Below the pieces are notes generated by a model. The model ran no database searches. It worked only from the letters and a program-made list of their open reading frames with translations, and had not been told where the DNA came from. A DNA stretch of 64,000 bases from an uncultured Enterobacteriaceae bacterium (GTDB lineage: Bacteria; Pseudomonadota; Gammaproteobacteria; Burkholderiales; SG8-39), in contig CAYMVA010000020.1 of assembly GCA_964393745.1 (NCBI GenBank), positions 2,467 to 66,466 of the forward strand, read 5' to 3'. Shown in pieces: positions 19,726 to 29,522 of the stretch; within the stretch, counting starts at the first letter, position 1; each line of letters begins with the position of its first letter. A program made the position numbers and the translations under genes.

Positions 19726-19823
19726 GCGGGGCTCCGAAAAGCGCGGCAGTGTACAGTGAAACGGCGCGCATCCAGCGTCCCGGGCGCTGCGTATACTCGC
19801 TTCGTGCTCCGTCCCATCGAGCG

Positions 19824-21137
19824 ATGAAGAAAATCCTGGTTTTGTTCCCGAAGGATTGGGACCGGCTGGAGCTGTCCCGGCCGGAGTACGCCGGCCGCTA
19901 CCAGTTCGTGTACGCCGGCTTCGACATCTTCCGCTTCCCAGAAAACGCGCGGCTGCTCAATTTCGACGTCTTCCGCTTCGTCAACGAAGTGGTGGCGCGA
20001 TATCGCCGCGAGCGCCTCGACGGCGTGTTCAGCAACAACGAGTACTTCGGCGCGCTGGTGGCCGCGGTGATCGCGGAGAAGTTGGGGCTTCCGGGCAACG
20101 ACCCGCGCGTCGTGATCACCGCGCAGCACAAGTTCTACGCCCGCCGCAGGTTCGCGGAAATCGCCCCTGAGGCCTCGCCGCGCTTCGCCGCCTTCCCCTA
20201 TTCGGTCAAGAGCCGCGCCGAGTTCCCGTTCGAGTTCCCCTGCTTCGTCAAGCCGGTCAAGGCGACCTACTCGGTGCTGGCGCGGCGCGTGGACTCGTTC
20301 GAGGAACTGCGCCGCCACCTGTCGTTCTGGCCGCTGGAGAAGTACATCATCAAGCGGCTGGTGAAGCCGTTCAACGACCTGCTGCCCTGGTACACCGACT
20401 ACTCGATCGATGCCCACCACATGCTGGCCGAGGAAGTGCTCGCCGGCCAGCAGGTCAACTTGGACGGCTACGTGCACGACGGGCGCGTGCGCGTGCTCGG
20501 CATCATCGACGAGAACATGTACCCTGGCACGACCGCGTTCCGCAGCTTCGAATACCCGTCGCGCGTGCCGCCGGAGGTGCGCACGCGCATGGACGCGCTG
20601 GCCGAGAAGGTGCTCGCCGGCATCGGCTACCGCCACGGCTTCTTCAACCTTGAGATGGCGTGGGAGCCCGACAGCGGCCGCCTGCGCGTGATCGAGATCA
20701 ACCCGCGCATGGCCTCGCAGCTGGCCTACCTCTACGAGTGGGTGGACGGCGTCAGCCCCTATCACACACTGCTCGAGCTGGCCGCGGGCGAGGCGCCGAG
20801 CGTGGAGCGCCACGCGCCTCGGTTCCGTGCCGCCGCCAGCTTCGCGCTGCGCAAATTCGACGGCAAGCCGCTCGCCGCCGACCCCACGCCCGAGCAGCTC
20901 GAGCGCGTGCGGCGCGAGTATCCCGAGGCGCACCTGATGCTGTACCTCAAGCGCGGCGGGAGCCTCGCGCGCGAGATGAAGTGGCTCGGCAGCTACCGCT
21001 ACGCAGTGGTCAACCTGGGAGCGGGCTCGAGCGACGACTTGCACCAGCGCTTCCATGCCCTGCGCCGGCAGCTGTTCCAGGAGTCGGACTTCGCTGCCGG
21101 GCTCAGCGTTCCAGCGCCTTCAGCCGCTCGGCGATAG
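19824..21137 (+). CDS. ATP-grasp domain protein of unknown substrate
   Basis: 437 aa from ATG 19824 (MKKILVLFPKDWDR...). ATP-grasp core (FPCFVKPVKATYSVLARRV..., GFFNLEMAW..., VIEINPRMASQ). Its 3' end overlaps the convergent C13 gene by 35 nt. Confidence 0.75.
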   Translation: MKKILVLFPKDWDRLELSRPEYAGRYQFVYAGFDIFRFPENARLLNFDVFRFVNEVVARYRRERLDGVFSNNEYFGALVAAVIAEKLGLPGNDPRVVITAQHKFYARRRFAEIAPEASPRFAAFPYSVKSRAEFPFEFPCFVKPVKATYSVLARRVDSFEELRRHLSFWPLEKYIIKRLVKPFNDLLPWYTDYSIDAHHMLAEEVLAGQQVNLDGYVHDGRVRVLGIIDENMYPGTTAFRSFEYPSRVPPEVRTRMDALAEKVLAGIGYRHGFFNLEMAWEPDSGRLRVIEINPRMASQLAYLYEWVDGVSPYHTLLELAAGEAPSVERHAPRFRAAASFALRKFDGKPLAADPTPEQLERVRREYPEAHLMLYLKRGGSLAREMKWLGSYRYAVVNLGAGSSDDLHQRFHALRRQLFQESDFAAGLSVPAPSAARR

Positions 21138-22419
21138 CCTCGCCCACCCAGATCTGCGGTTCCGAAGGCGTGAGACGCTCGGCGGCTTCCTGCTTCGCCA
21201 CCGCTTCGCGCGCCAGGCCAAACGCCTCGACCAGCGAACGCGTGAGCGCCAGGCCTTGATTGAAAAGCGCGTTGCCGAAATAGGTGGACTCGCGGCCATG
21301 CTCGCAGCCGAACGAGCTGCGGTCGGCGCGTGCCGCGGCGATCACCAGCGTGTTGGCGTCCTTGAGCGGCTCGATGAAGCCGCCCGCATGGCAGGCCGAC
21401 ACCACCACCACCTTCCAGCGGATGCCGGCATCCTGCAGCATGCGCGCGAGCGCGGTCGGGTTGAGCTGCGCCAGGCTGAGCGGCGGCTGGTGCGCGGAAA
21501 TGCGGAACTTGTCGTCGCCATGCGCCGAGACGTAAAGCAACAGCACGTCCTCGTCGGCGTTCATGCGCGCGGCCACGCCCTCGAGCGCGCGGCGCAGGTT
21601 GGTGACGGTGGCGAGAGGGAATTCCTCCAGCGCGCCCTCGCCGTTGGCGAGCACCAGCGCGCGGCCGGCGGCGCCGTAGGTCTTCTCGATCACGCCGCGC
21701 ACGCCACGCATCTCGCGCAGGAACACGTCCTGGCTGCCGTCGGGCGCGAAGCCGACGAAGTAGAGCTCGATCTCGCCTGACTTGCCAGGGGCAAGCGCGC
21801 CAAGCGCGCGTCCTAGCAGCTCGCCTTGCAGGTGGAACACGTGCTCCGCGGCGAGCGCCGGCACCGCGGCCACCTTCTCCGGCAGCGACCAGACCTCGGT
21901 CTTGGGAAACACGAACAACGCGATCGCGATGATCGCGCTCGCCACGGCAGCACCCAGGAAGACCTGCGGCCGGCGCCACCCTGCGATCAGCGTGACCGCG
22001 CGCACCGCGATCACCCAGATCCAGGCGAAAAAGACGAAATAAGCGAGCCCCGCCCAGCCCATGGGCGCCACGTGCAGCAGCGCCATCCCGGCAAGCTCGA
22101 ACACCGGGTCGCTCGAGGCGAGCGCCACTGCCAGCGGCAGCGCGAGCTGCGGCTCGCGGTAGATGCGGGCGACGAGCAGCGCGCCGCCAAGGAGCAGCGG
22201 CACGGTAGACAGGTAAGTGGTGAGCGCGAGCGCCTCGAGCTCGCCGATGCGCCCCTCGCGCAGCGCCGCCGCGCCCAGCCAGAGCGCGAAGTTGAACACG
22301 AACAGCACCGAGAAGTCCGCAGCGGACGCGCGGTAATCGAGCCGCCGCAGCGGCAGGAACAGCGCCAGCCGCGCTCCCGCGATCAGGTTGCGGGCGAGGC
22401 CCGCGAGCAGTGCATGCAT
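21103..22419 (-). CDS. Membrane-anchored peptidase C13 (legumain/caspase-fold) family protein
   Basis: 438 aa from ATG 22419 (MHALLAGLARN...). About 6 N-terminal TM helices, then a C13 domain with His (LLLYVSAHGD) and Cys (VVVVSACHAGGF) dyad contexts. Confidence 0.8.
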   Translation of the reverse strand: MHALLAGLARNLIAGARLALFLPLRRLDYRASAADFSVLFVFNFALWLGAAALREGRIGELEALALTTYLSTVPLLLGGALLVARIYREPQLALPLAVALASSDPVFELAGMALLHVAPMGWAGLAYFVFFAWIWVIAVRAVTLIAGWRRPQVFLGAAVASAIIAIALFVFPKTEVWSLPEKVAAVPALAAEHVFHLQGELLGRALGALAPGKSGEIELYFVGFAPDGSQDVFLREMRGVRGVIEKTYGAAGRALVLANGEGALEEFPLATVTNLRRALEGVAARMNADEDVLLLYVSAHGDDKFRISAHQPPLSLAQLNPTALARMLQDAGIRWKVVVVSACHAGGFIEPLKDANTLVIAAARADRSSFGCEHGRESTYFGNALFNQGLALTRSLVEAFGLAREAVAKQEAAERLTPSEPQIWVGEAIAERLKALER

Positions 22420-22433
22420 GAGCGGGTCCCCTG

Positions 22434-23633
22434 CTACTCGCTGCGCAGCGACTCGATCGGGTCGAGGCGCGCGGCGCGCCGCGCCGGCAGCACGCCGGCG
22501 GCCAGGCCCACCCCCACTGCCATCGCCTCGGCGAGCGCCGCGTACAGCCACGGCGTGTGCAGCGGCAGCGCCGGCAGCACCAACTTGAGCGCCGCTGCTG
22601 CGCCCCAGCCGGCCACCAGCCCAGCGGCGCCGCCCAGCGCGGAGAGCAGCGCCGCCTCGCCCAGGAACAGCAGGAGGATGGCGCGCTGCGTCGCGCCGAG
22701 CGCGCGCAGCAGCCCGATTTCGGAGGTGCGCTCGGCGACCGCGATGGTGAGGATGGTGAGGATGCCGACCCCGCCCACCAGCAGCGAGATGCCGCCGATC
22801 GCCGCCACCGCGAAGGTGATGACGTTGAGCACGGTGCCGAACACCTCGAGCATCTTCTGCTGCGGCGTGATGGTGAAGTCCTCGGCGCCGTGGCGCTCGA
22901 TGAGGATGCGACGGATGCCGTCCTCGACCTCGGCGAGCGGCGCGGTCGGCTCGTAGCTGACATGGATCTCCATCAGGCTTTCGCGGTTGAACATGTCGAG
23001 CGCGCGCGCCACCGGGATGAACGCGGTGTCGTCGAGGTCGAAGCCGAGCACCTGGCCCTTGGCCTCCATGACGCCGATGACGCGGTAGCGCTCGCCGCCG
23101 ATGCGCAGGCGCTGGCCGAGCGGGCTCGCGGCGCCGTAGAGCTCGCGCGCCGCCTTGGCGCCGAGCACCGCGAAGGCTCGCGCCGCGCGCGGGTCCTCAT
23201 CGGGCAGGAAGCTGCCGCTCGCCACCTTCATCTGCAGCGCGCGCGTGAAATCCGGGCCGACGCCGTACAGCGTCACCCGGCGGTTGCGGTCCGGCGCCTC
23301 GATCTCGGCGTTACCCTGCACCAGCGGGTTGGCGACCCGCACGTGCGGCGCGCGCCGCAGCGCGAGCGCGTCCTCGATGCTGAGCGGCCGCACGGTGTTG
23401 ATCGCGCCGAGCGAGGCGCCGCGCGTGCTGATGCGCCCCGGCGTCACGCTGACCAGGTTGGTGCCGAACTGGGTGAACTCGGCGATGACGAAGCGGTGCA
23501 GCCCCTCGCCGATCGAGGTGAGCAGCATCACCGCGGCGATGCCAACCGCGATGCCGAGCGCGGTGAGCGCGGTGCGCAGCCGGTGCGCGCGCAGCGTGCC
23601 GAGGGTGAAGCGAACGAAGTCCGTCGCACTCAT
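22434..23633 (-). CDS. ABC transporter permease, MacB/FtsX type (paralog 2)
   Basis: 399 aa from ATG 23633 (MSATDFVRFTLGTLRAHRLRTALTALGIAVG...). Architecture: TM1, large periplasmic domain, C-terminal FtsX 3-TM block. Confidence 0.88.
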   Translation of the reverse strand: MSATDFVRFTLGTLRAHRLRTALTALGIAVGIAAVMLLTSIGEGLHRFVIAEFTQFGTNLVSVTPGRISTRGASLGAINTVRPLSIEDALALRRAPHVRVANPLVQGNAEIEAPDRNRRVTLYGVGPDFTRALQMKVASGSFLPDEDPRAARAFAVLGAKAARELYGAASPLGQRLRIGGERYRVIGVMEAKGQVLGFDLDDTAFIPVARALDMFNRESLMEIHVSYEPTAPLAEVEDGIRRILIERHGAEDFTITPQQKMLEVFGTVLNVITFAVAAIGGISLLVGGVGILTILTIAVAERTSEIGLLRALGATQRAILLLFLGEAALLSALGGAAGLVAGWGAAAALKLVLPALPLHTPWLYAALAEAMAVGVGLAAGVLPARRAARLDPIESLRSE

Positions 23634-23730
23634 GAAAGCAGGGGGGCCGGGCCCCTTCCCATAGAAGCGCTCGGAGCCTTCCCGGCCCCCCCGCACCCCC
23701 CTTGCACGATTGACACAGGATGTCTCATGG

Positions 23731-24939
23731 CTAGCGGCGTGACAGCGCCTGGACTGGGTCCAGGCGCGCGGCACGCCGCGCCGGCGCGACAGCGAACAGC
23801 ACCGCGGTGGCGATCGCGGTGAGCGGCGCCGCGAGCAGCGCCCACCACGGCGGCGTGAACGGGATCGCAGGATAGATCTGCGCGATCACCAGTTGGCCGG
23901 CCTTGCCGGCGGCGAGGCCGAGCGCGGCGCCGCCCAGCGCCAGCAGCATCGCCTCGGTGAAGAACACGGCACGGATCTGGGCGCCGCTCGCGCCCAGGGC
24001 GCGCAGCAGGCCGATCTCGCGCCGCCGCTGGGTGACCGAGATCAGCATCACGTTCATGATCAGGATGCCGGCCACGGCGAGGCTCACCGCCGCGAGCGCG
24101 CCTACCGCGAGGGTCAACGCGCGCAGGATGCGGTCGAAGGTGGCGAGCACCGCGTCCTGCGTGATCACGGTGACGTCGCGCTTGCCTTCGTGGCGCTCGC
24201 GCAGGATCTCCTCCAGGTCGGCCTGGGCGGGCAGGATCTGCTCGCGGCTCTTCGCCTCGACCAGCACGCGGAACAGCGCCTCGGTGTTGAAGAGCTGCTG
24301 CGCCGCGGCGATCGGCACGATCACGATTTCGTCGGTATTGAAGCCGAGCGACTCGCCCTGCGGTGCCAGCACGCCGGCGACGCGGAAGCGCCGGTCGCCG
24401 ACGCGCAGCCACTCGCCGAGCGCGGCGCGCGCGCCGAACAGCTCCGCGGCGAGCTTCGAGCCGAGCACGCACACCGGCTGGCTCTGGCGCGGATCGCCCT
24501 CGGGCAGGAACGTTCCCTGCGCCATCGTCATGTGGCGGATCTCGAGCAGCTCGTGCGTGGTGCCTAGCACCGGCGCCTCGCGGCTGCGCGCGCCGGCGCG
24601 CACGTCGCCGGCGCCGACCATGAGCGGCGCCAGGCGCCGCACCGCGGCGCTGCGCTTGAGCGCGAGCGCGTCATCCAGGGTCAGATCGCGCGGCGTCCTG
24701 CCGAGCAGCACCCCGGGCATGGCGCCGGCGGTTTCGCTGCGTCCCGGGAGCACCACCACGAGGTTCGTGCCGAGCGAGCCGAATTGGTTGACGATGTACA
24801 GTCGCGCGCCCTCGCCGAGCGTGCTCACGCCCACCACTGCGGCGACGCCGATCCCCATGGCGAGCAGGATCAGCAGCGTGCGCGAGCGGTAGCCGCGCAC
24901 CACGCGCCAGGCGAACTCGAGCGTGTCGGCGGCACGCAT
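23731..24939 (-). CDS. ABC transporter permease, MacB/FtsX type (paralog 1)
   Basis: 402 aa from ATG 24939 (MRAADTLEFAWRVVRGYRSRTLLILLAMGIG...). The start overlaps the ATPase stop. Confidence 0.88.
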   Translation of the reverse strand: MRAADTLEFAWRVVRGYRSRTLLILLAMGIGVAAVVGVSTLGEGARLYIVNQFGSLGTNLVVVLPGRSETAGAMPGVLLGRTPRDLTLDDALALKRSAAVRRLAPLMVGAGDVRAGARSREAPVLGTTHELLEIRHMTMAQGTFLPEGDPRQSQPVCVLGSKLAAELFGARAALGEWLRVGDRRFRVAGVLAPQGESLGFNTDEIVIVPIAAAQQLFNTEALFRVLVEAKSREQILPAQADLEEILRERHEGKRDVTVITQDAVLATFDRILRALTLAVGALAAVSLAVAGILIMNVMLISVTQRRREIGLLRALGASGAQIRAVFFTEAMLLALGGAALGLAAGKAGQLVIAQIYPAIPFTPPWWALLAAPLTAIATAVLFAVAPARRAARLDPVQALSRR

Positions 24940-25613
24940 CAGGTGCGCTGGTCGCTCGCCACCGCGCCGTCCACCAGCCGCAGCTTGCGGTGCGCGCGCG
25001 CGCCGATTTCCGGATCGTGCGTGACCACCGCCACCATCGCGCCCTCGTGGTGCACGCGCTCGAGCACCGCCATCACTTCCTGCCCGGTGTGGCGGTCGAG
25101 GTTGCCCGTGGGCTCGTCCGCCAGGATCACCGCGGGGCGCATCGCCATGGCGCGCGCGATCGCGACCCGCTGGCACTGGCCGCCCGAGAGCTGGTCGGGG
25201 CGGTGGCGGGCGCGCGGCGCGAGGCCGTAGTCGTCGAGCAGCCGTTGCAGTCGCGGCTTGCGCGCGGCGGGCTCGATTCCGGCGAGCACCATCGGCAGCT
25301 CGATATTCTCGGCCGCGGTGAGGCGCGGCACCAGGTGGAAGAACTGGAACACGAAGCCGATCTTGTCGCGCCGCTCCCGCGCCAGCTCGTCGTCATCGAG
25401 CGCGGTGACGTCGCGGCCGTCGAGCTCGTAGCGGCCGGTGTTCGGCCGGTCGAGCAGGCCGATGATGTTGAGTAGCGTCGACTTGCCCGAGCCCGAGGGG
25501 CCCATGATGGAGAGGTACTCGCCCGCCGCGATGTCCAGGTCGATGGCGCGCAGCGCGTGAACTTCCTCCTCGCCGACGCGGAACACGCGCTCGATGCCGC
25601 GCAGCCGGATCAT
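24939..25613 (-). CDS. ABC transporter ATP-binding protein (MacB/LolD-like)
   Basis: 224 aa with Walker A GPSGSGKST, signature LSGGQ and Walker B ILADEPT. Confidence 0.93.
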   Translation of the reverse strand: MIRLRGIERVFRVGEEEVHALRAIDLDIAAGEYLSIMGPSGSGKSTLLNIIGLLDRPNTGRYELDGRDVTALDDDELARERRDKIGFVFQFFHLVPRLTAAENIELPMVLAGIEPAARKPRLQRLLDDYGLAPRARHRPDQLSGGQCQRVAIARAMAMRPAVILADEPTGNLDRHTGQEVMAVLERVHHEGAMVAVVTHDPEIGARAHRKLRLVDGAVASDQRT

Positions 25614-26767
25614 TGCCGCGACGCGGCCGGCTTCGCCTCCGCCACGGCGCGCACGCCGGCACGCACGCCTGCGCGCTCAAGCGAGGTCACCACCTTCTCG
25701 CCGAGCGCGAGCCCCTTGGTCACCTCCGTGAACTCCCAGTTGGCAACGCCGGTTTCTACGCCGCGCTCCTCAAGCGTGCCGCCTGCGCCGAGCACCAGCA
25801 CGCGCTTGTTGGGAAGCAGCGAGGCGGTCGGCATGCGCGTCGCCGGGTCGCGGCGCTCGGTCACGATCTCGACGTCGGCGCTATAGCCCACCAGCAGGTG
25901 GCGCGCCTCGCCCGGATTGTCGAACTCAACCTCGACCTCCACCGTGCGCGCCTGCTTTTCCAGCGCCAGCACGTAGGGCGCGATGCGCCGCAGTCGCCCC
26001 TCGAAATGCTTGCCGCGGTAGGCGTCGAGCGTGACGCGCGCGGCCATGCCCACCTTGAGGCGCGCGGCGTCCACTTCGTCGATCGGCGCCGACACGTACA
26101 GGCAGGAATCGTCGATCAGGTCCACCGCCGGCAGCGTCGGAATGCCCGGCGGCGACGGCGTCAGGAACTCTCCCACCTCGCCGTTCACCTCGGCGACGAT
26201 GCCGTCGAACGGCGCCCGCACCACGGTGCGCGCGGTGTCGGCGCGCGCCGAGGCGATGCGTGCCTCGGCCTCCTGCACCTGCGCGCGGGCGCCCTCGCAT
26301 CCGGCGAGCCGTGCCTTGGCCTCGCTCTCGGCGCGGTCGACGCGCTCCTCGGAGACGAAGTTTTTCTCGCGCAGGTGGCGCGCGCGCGTCGCCTCGCGTG
26401 CGGCATTCTCGGCCACCTGGCACGCCTCGCGTACGTGTGCGCGCGCCGTCTGCTGCTGCTCGCGCGCCACGCGCTCGCGCGCCGTCAGGTCTTCGTGCCA
26501 GAGCTCGAGCAGCACTTGGCCCTTTTTCACCCGGTCGCCCTCGCGCACCGTGAGGCGCTCGATGCGCCCGCCGAGCGGCGGCGCAAGCTTCGAGCGCCGG
26601 CAGGCCGCCACCGAGCCGGCGCGCGTATTGGCGACCGTAGCCTCGACCCGCCCGCTCTCTACCGCGGCCACCGCCACCGCGATCGGCTGGGGGCGCGTCG
26701 CCCACCATGCGGCCGCCGCCGCTGCAACAACGAGCAGGACGAGCGCCAGGCGTAGCGCGATCTTCAT
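25610..26767 (-). CDS. Efflux periplasmic adaptor (HlyD/MacA membrane-fusion family)
   Basis: 385 aa with an N-terminal anchor, a coiled-coil hairpin region and beta-barrel motifs ([12 protein letters not shown]). Confidence 0.88.
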   Translation of the reverse strand: MKIALRLALVLLVVAAAAAAWWATRPQPIAVAVAAVESGRVEATVANTRAGSVAACRRSKLAPPLGGRIERLTVREGDRVKKGQVLLELWHEDLTARERVAREQQQTARAHVREACQVAENAAREATRARHLREKNFVSEERVDRAESEAKARLAGCEGARAQVQEAEARIASARADTARTVVRAPFDGIVAEVNGEVGEFLTPSPPGIPTLPAVDLIDDSCLYVSAPIDEVDAARLKVGMAARVTLDAYRGKHFEGRLRRIAPYVLALEKQARTVEVEVEFDNPGEARHLLVGYSADVEIVTERRDPATRMPTASLLPNKRVLVLGAGGTLEERGVETGVANWEFTEVTKGLALGEKVVTSLERAGVRAGVRAVAEAKPAASRQ

Positions 26768-27861
26768 GATGCCGAACTATGCCCGGAGTCGAGCGAACGC
26801 GCGACCGCCTCGAGGCGCGCGGCCTCGAGGCGCGCGGCGATCTCCTGCGGCGAGGCCGCCGCACGCGCGATCGCGCCGGCGTCCACCGCCGTCGCAGCCG
26901 CGAGTGCACGCACGGCTCTGCCCGGATCGAGCCCGGGCTCGGCCAGCCGCGCGACCGCGAGCAGCGCGGCGAAGCGCTCCGGGCGACGCAGCGCATCGGC
27001 ACGCTTGAGCAGCTCCAGCAGCTCCGCGGCGCGCGCGTGCGGCACCGCGAGCAGCGCATCCTTGCAGCGGCAGGCGGCGATGGCGAGCTCGCGCTCCTCG
27101 TTCGGCACCCGCAGCCGCGCGGCGAGCGCCTGCAGCGCGGGTTCGCTCGCGCGCCATGCCAACAGCGCGAAGCGGACCGGCAGCGGCGCTCCCGCCGCCG
27201 CGGCGCGCTCGAGCGCAGCGAGCGTCTCGGCGCCCGGCGCCATTTCGGGCATCAAGCGCGCCAGCGCGCCGCATTCGACGAGCGCCGCGAACATCTGCAC
27301 CGGATGCGGCTCGGCCAGCCCGCGCACGAACTCCTGCCAGACGCGTTCGGCGACCAGGTGCTCGACTTCGCCCGCCTCGACCATGCGGCGCATCAGGGCC
27401 ATCGTCTCGGGGGCGATGCGGAAAGCGAAGCGCGCGGCAAAACGCGCCACGCGCAGGATGCGCACCGGGTCCTCGGCAAAAGCCTCGCTCACGTGCCGCA
27501 GCACCCGGTCCTTGAGGTCACGCGCGCCGCCGAACGGGTCCACCAGGCGCCCGCCCTCGTCCTTCGCCATGGCGTTGATGGTGAGGTCGCGGCGCGCGAG
27601 GTCGTCTTCGAGGGTGACATCGGGCGCCGTGTACACGGTGAAGCCCTTGTAGCCGCGGCCGCTCTTGCGCTCGGTGCGCGCGAGCGCGTACTCCTCCTGC
27701 GTGCGCGGGTGCAGGAACACCGGGAAATCCCTGCCCACCGGGCGGTAGCCGGCGGCCACCATCTGCTCGGGCGTGGCGCCGACCACCACCCAGTCGCGGT
27801 CGGTCACCGGCTGGCCGAGCAGCTCGTCGCGCACCGCACCGCCGACGACGTAAGCCTTCAA
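26764..27861 (-). CDS. cca: CCA tRNA nucleotidyltransferase
   Basis: 365 aa from TTG 27861 ((M)[27 protein letters not shown]...). The start overlaps the GST stop (TTGA). The stop overlaps the adaptor start (ATGA). Confidence 0.88.
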   Translation of the reverse strand: MKAYVVGGAVRDELLGQPVTDRDWVVVGATPEQMVAAGYRPVGRDFPVFLHPRTQEEYALARTERKSGRGYKGFTVYTAPDVTLEDDLARRDLTINAMAKDEGGRLVDPFGGARDLKDRVLRHVSEAFAEDPVRILRVARFAARFAFRIAPETMALMRRMVEAGEVEHLVAERVWQEFVRGLAEPHPVQMFAALVECGALARLMPEMAPGAETLAALERAAAAGAPLPVRFALLAWRASEPALQALAARLRVPNEERELAIAACRCKDALLAVPHARAAELLELLKRADALRRPERFAALLAVARLAEPGLDPGRAVRALAAATAVDAGAIARAAASPQEIAARLEAARLEAVARSLDSGHSSAS

Positions 27862-28514
27862 GCGTACAACTCGAACTTCTCGATCACTTCGGTTTCGCAC
27901 TCGGCCGCCGTGATCCATTCCTGCATTGCGGGCAGCCCCAAGATCACGTCCGAGTAGCGGCGGCAGTCCGGCGGCAGATCCACCGCATAGGTGCGAAAGC
28001 GCAGCACCACCGGCGCGTACATCGCATCGGCAGCCGAGAAACGCCCGAACAGGAAAGGCCCGCCGCCGGCGAAGCGCTGCCGGCACTCCGACCACATACC
28101 GGTGATGCGCGCGATCTCGGCCAGCACCTCGGGCGTGCGGCCCTTGCCCGGATGGCGCTTGCGAATGTTCATGCTCATGTGTTCGCGAAGTTGCGCGAAG
28201 CCCGAGTGCATCTCGGCGCTGATCGAGCGCGCCACGGCGCGCGCCCCGGGCGCCTGCGGCCAGAGTTCGCGCCGCGTTTCCGCCAGGTGCTCCAGGATGG
28301 CGAGCGAATCCCAGACGCGCTGCTTGCCCTCGACCAGGCAGGGCACCTTGCCCGAGGGCGAGTGGCGCAGCACTTCGTCCTTCGCTCCCGGGCCGTAGAG
28401 CGGGATGCGCAACTCGTCGAACTCGATGCCGAGCTGCTTCATCGCCAGCCACGGCCGCAGCGACCAGGAGGAATAGTTCTTGTTGCCGACGACCAGCAGC
28501 GGGCGAGGCATCAC
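27858..28514 (-). CDS. Glutathione S-transferase family protein
   Basis: 218 aa ([17 protein letters not shown]..., [17 protein letters not shown]), a GST N/C-domain pattern. Confidence 0.85.
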   Translation of the reverse strand: MMPRPLLVVGNKNYSSWSLRPWLAMKQLGIEFDELRIPLYGPGAKDEVLRHSPSGKVPCLVEGKQRVWDSLAILEHLAETRRELWPQAPGARAVARSISAEMHSGFAQLREHMSMNIRKRHPGKGRTPEVLAEIARITGMWSECRQRFAGGGPFLFGRFSAADAMYAPVVLRFRTYAVDLPPDCRRYSDVILGLPAMQEWITAAECETEVIEKFELYA

Positions 28515-28556
28515 CGTCGCGCGCGGCAGCGCTTCATCGCTTGGCGCGGCAGCGCA

Positions 28557-29522
28557 TCATCGCCCGGCGCGCCAGCGCAGCACCGGGTAGCGCTCGCGCG
28601 GGCCCGCCGGCGCGAGCCAGGTGCTCGCTGTAGCTTCCAGCGCCGCGGGCTCGATGCCGAACGGAAACGCGCCGTCGCAAGTGCTCGGCCGCTGCATCGA
28701 GCGATAGTTGTCGCGTGTCATCAGTGGCCCGGGCAGGAACTCAAGAATCGTTGCCTGCACGTAGGAAAGCCAATCCGGCAGCCCGACCAGCAGCCGCTTG
28801 CGGTGCGTCGACGCGCAGGTGAAGCGAACCAGTTGCTCGAGCGTGTACTGGCGCGGCCCGCACAGGTCGAAGCGCTTGCCGGCGGCCTCCGGGTGATCGA
28901 GCGCGGCGAGCATCGCCGCGACCACGTCGCCGATGTACACCGGCTGGAAGCGCGCCCGCGGGCAGGCGAGCGCGAGCACCGGGGTGACGCTGGCAAGCGC
29001 AGCAAACAGGTTGAGGAAGCGGTCGTCCGCGCCGAAGATCACCGACGGCCGGAACACGCTCACGGCGAGATCCTCGGCGGCGAGCACCGCCTGTTCGCCG
29101 ATCGCTTTCGAGCGCAGGTATTCGGAAGGCGCGTCGAGCGACGCGCCGAGCGCGCTCATGTGCAGCAGCCGCTTGACGCCCCCGGCGCGGCAGGCGCCCA
29201 CCACGGCCTGCGGCAGCTCGACGTGCACGCGCGCGAAATCCGGGCCGTAGTCGTTCGGCCCGCGCTCATCCGCCCTGCCGCGCCGGCCGTGCAGGATCCC
29301 GACCAGGTTAATGACCACGTCGCAGCCCTGCGCGAGCCGCGCCAGCGGCTCGTGGATGTCGGCTTCGAGCACTTCCACGGTGGGAAGCAGGATCAGCCCC
29401 TTGGCGCGCTCGCGCCGGCGCGTCGGCACGACGACGCGCGCTCCGCGCGCTGCGAGCGCAGCAACGAGGTGCCGGCCGACGAAGCCGGCGCCGCCCAGGA
29501 CGAGGATGTTTTCGAGCTTCAT
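28557..29522 (-). CDS. NAD(P)H-binding NDUFA9/NmrA-like epimerase-dehydratase family protein
   Basis: 321 aa starting MKLENILVLGGAGFVGRHLV (Rossmann motif), with YLRSK. Confidence 0.8.
   Translation of the reverse strand: MKLENILVLGGAGFVGRHLVAALAARGARVVVPTRRRERAKGLILLPTVEVLEADIHEPLARLAQGCDVVINLVGILHGRRGRADERGPNDYGPDFARVHVELPQAVVGACRAGGVKRLLHMSALGASLDAPSEYLRSKAIGEQAVLAAEDLAVSVFRPSVIFGADDRFLNLFAALASVTPVLALACPRARFQPVYIGDVVAAMLAALDHPEAAGKRFDLCGPRQYTLEQLVRFTCASTHRKRLLVGLPDWLSYVQATILEFLPGPLMTRDNYRSMQRPSTCDGAFPFGIEPAALEATASTWLAPAGPRERYPVLRWRAGR

Noticed and set aside
19726-19823. Search for a RiPP/graspetide precursor ORF next to the ATP-grasp gene
   Set aside because: The 98-nt spacer contains no independent small ORF. 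The only upstream in-frame start (GTG 19749) merely extends the ATP-grasp protein by 25 unremarkable residues.
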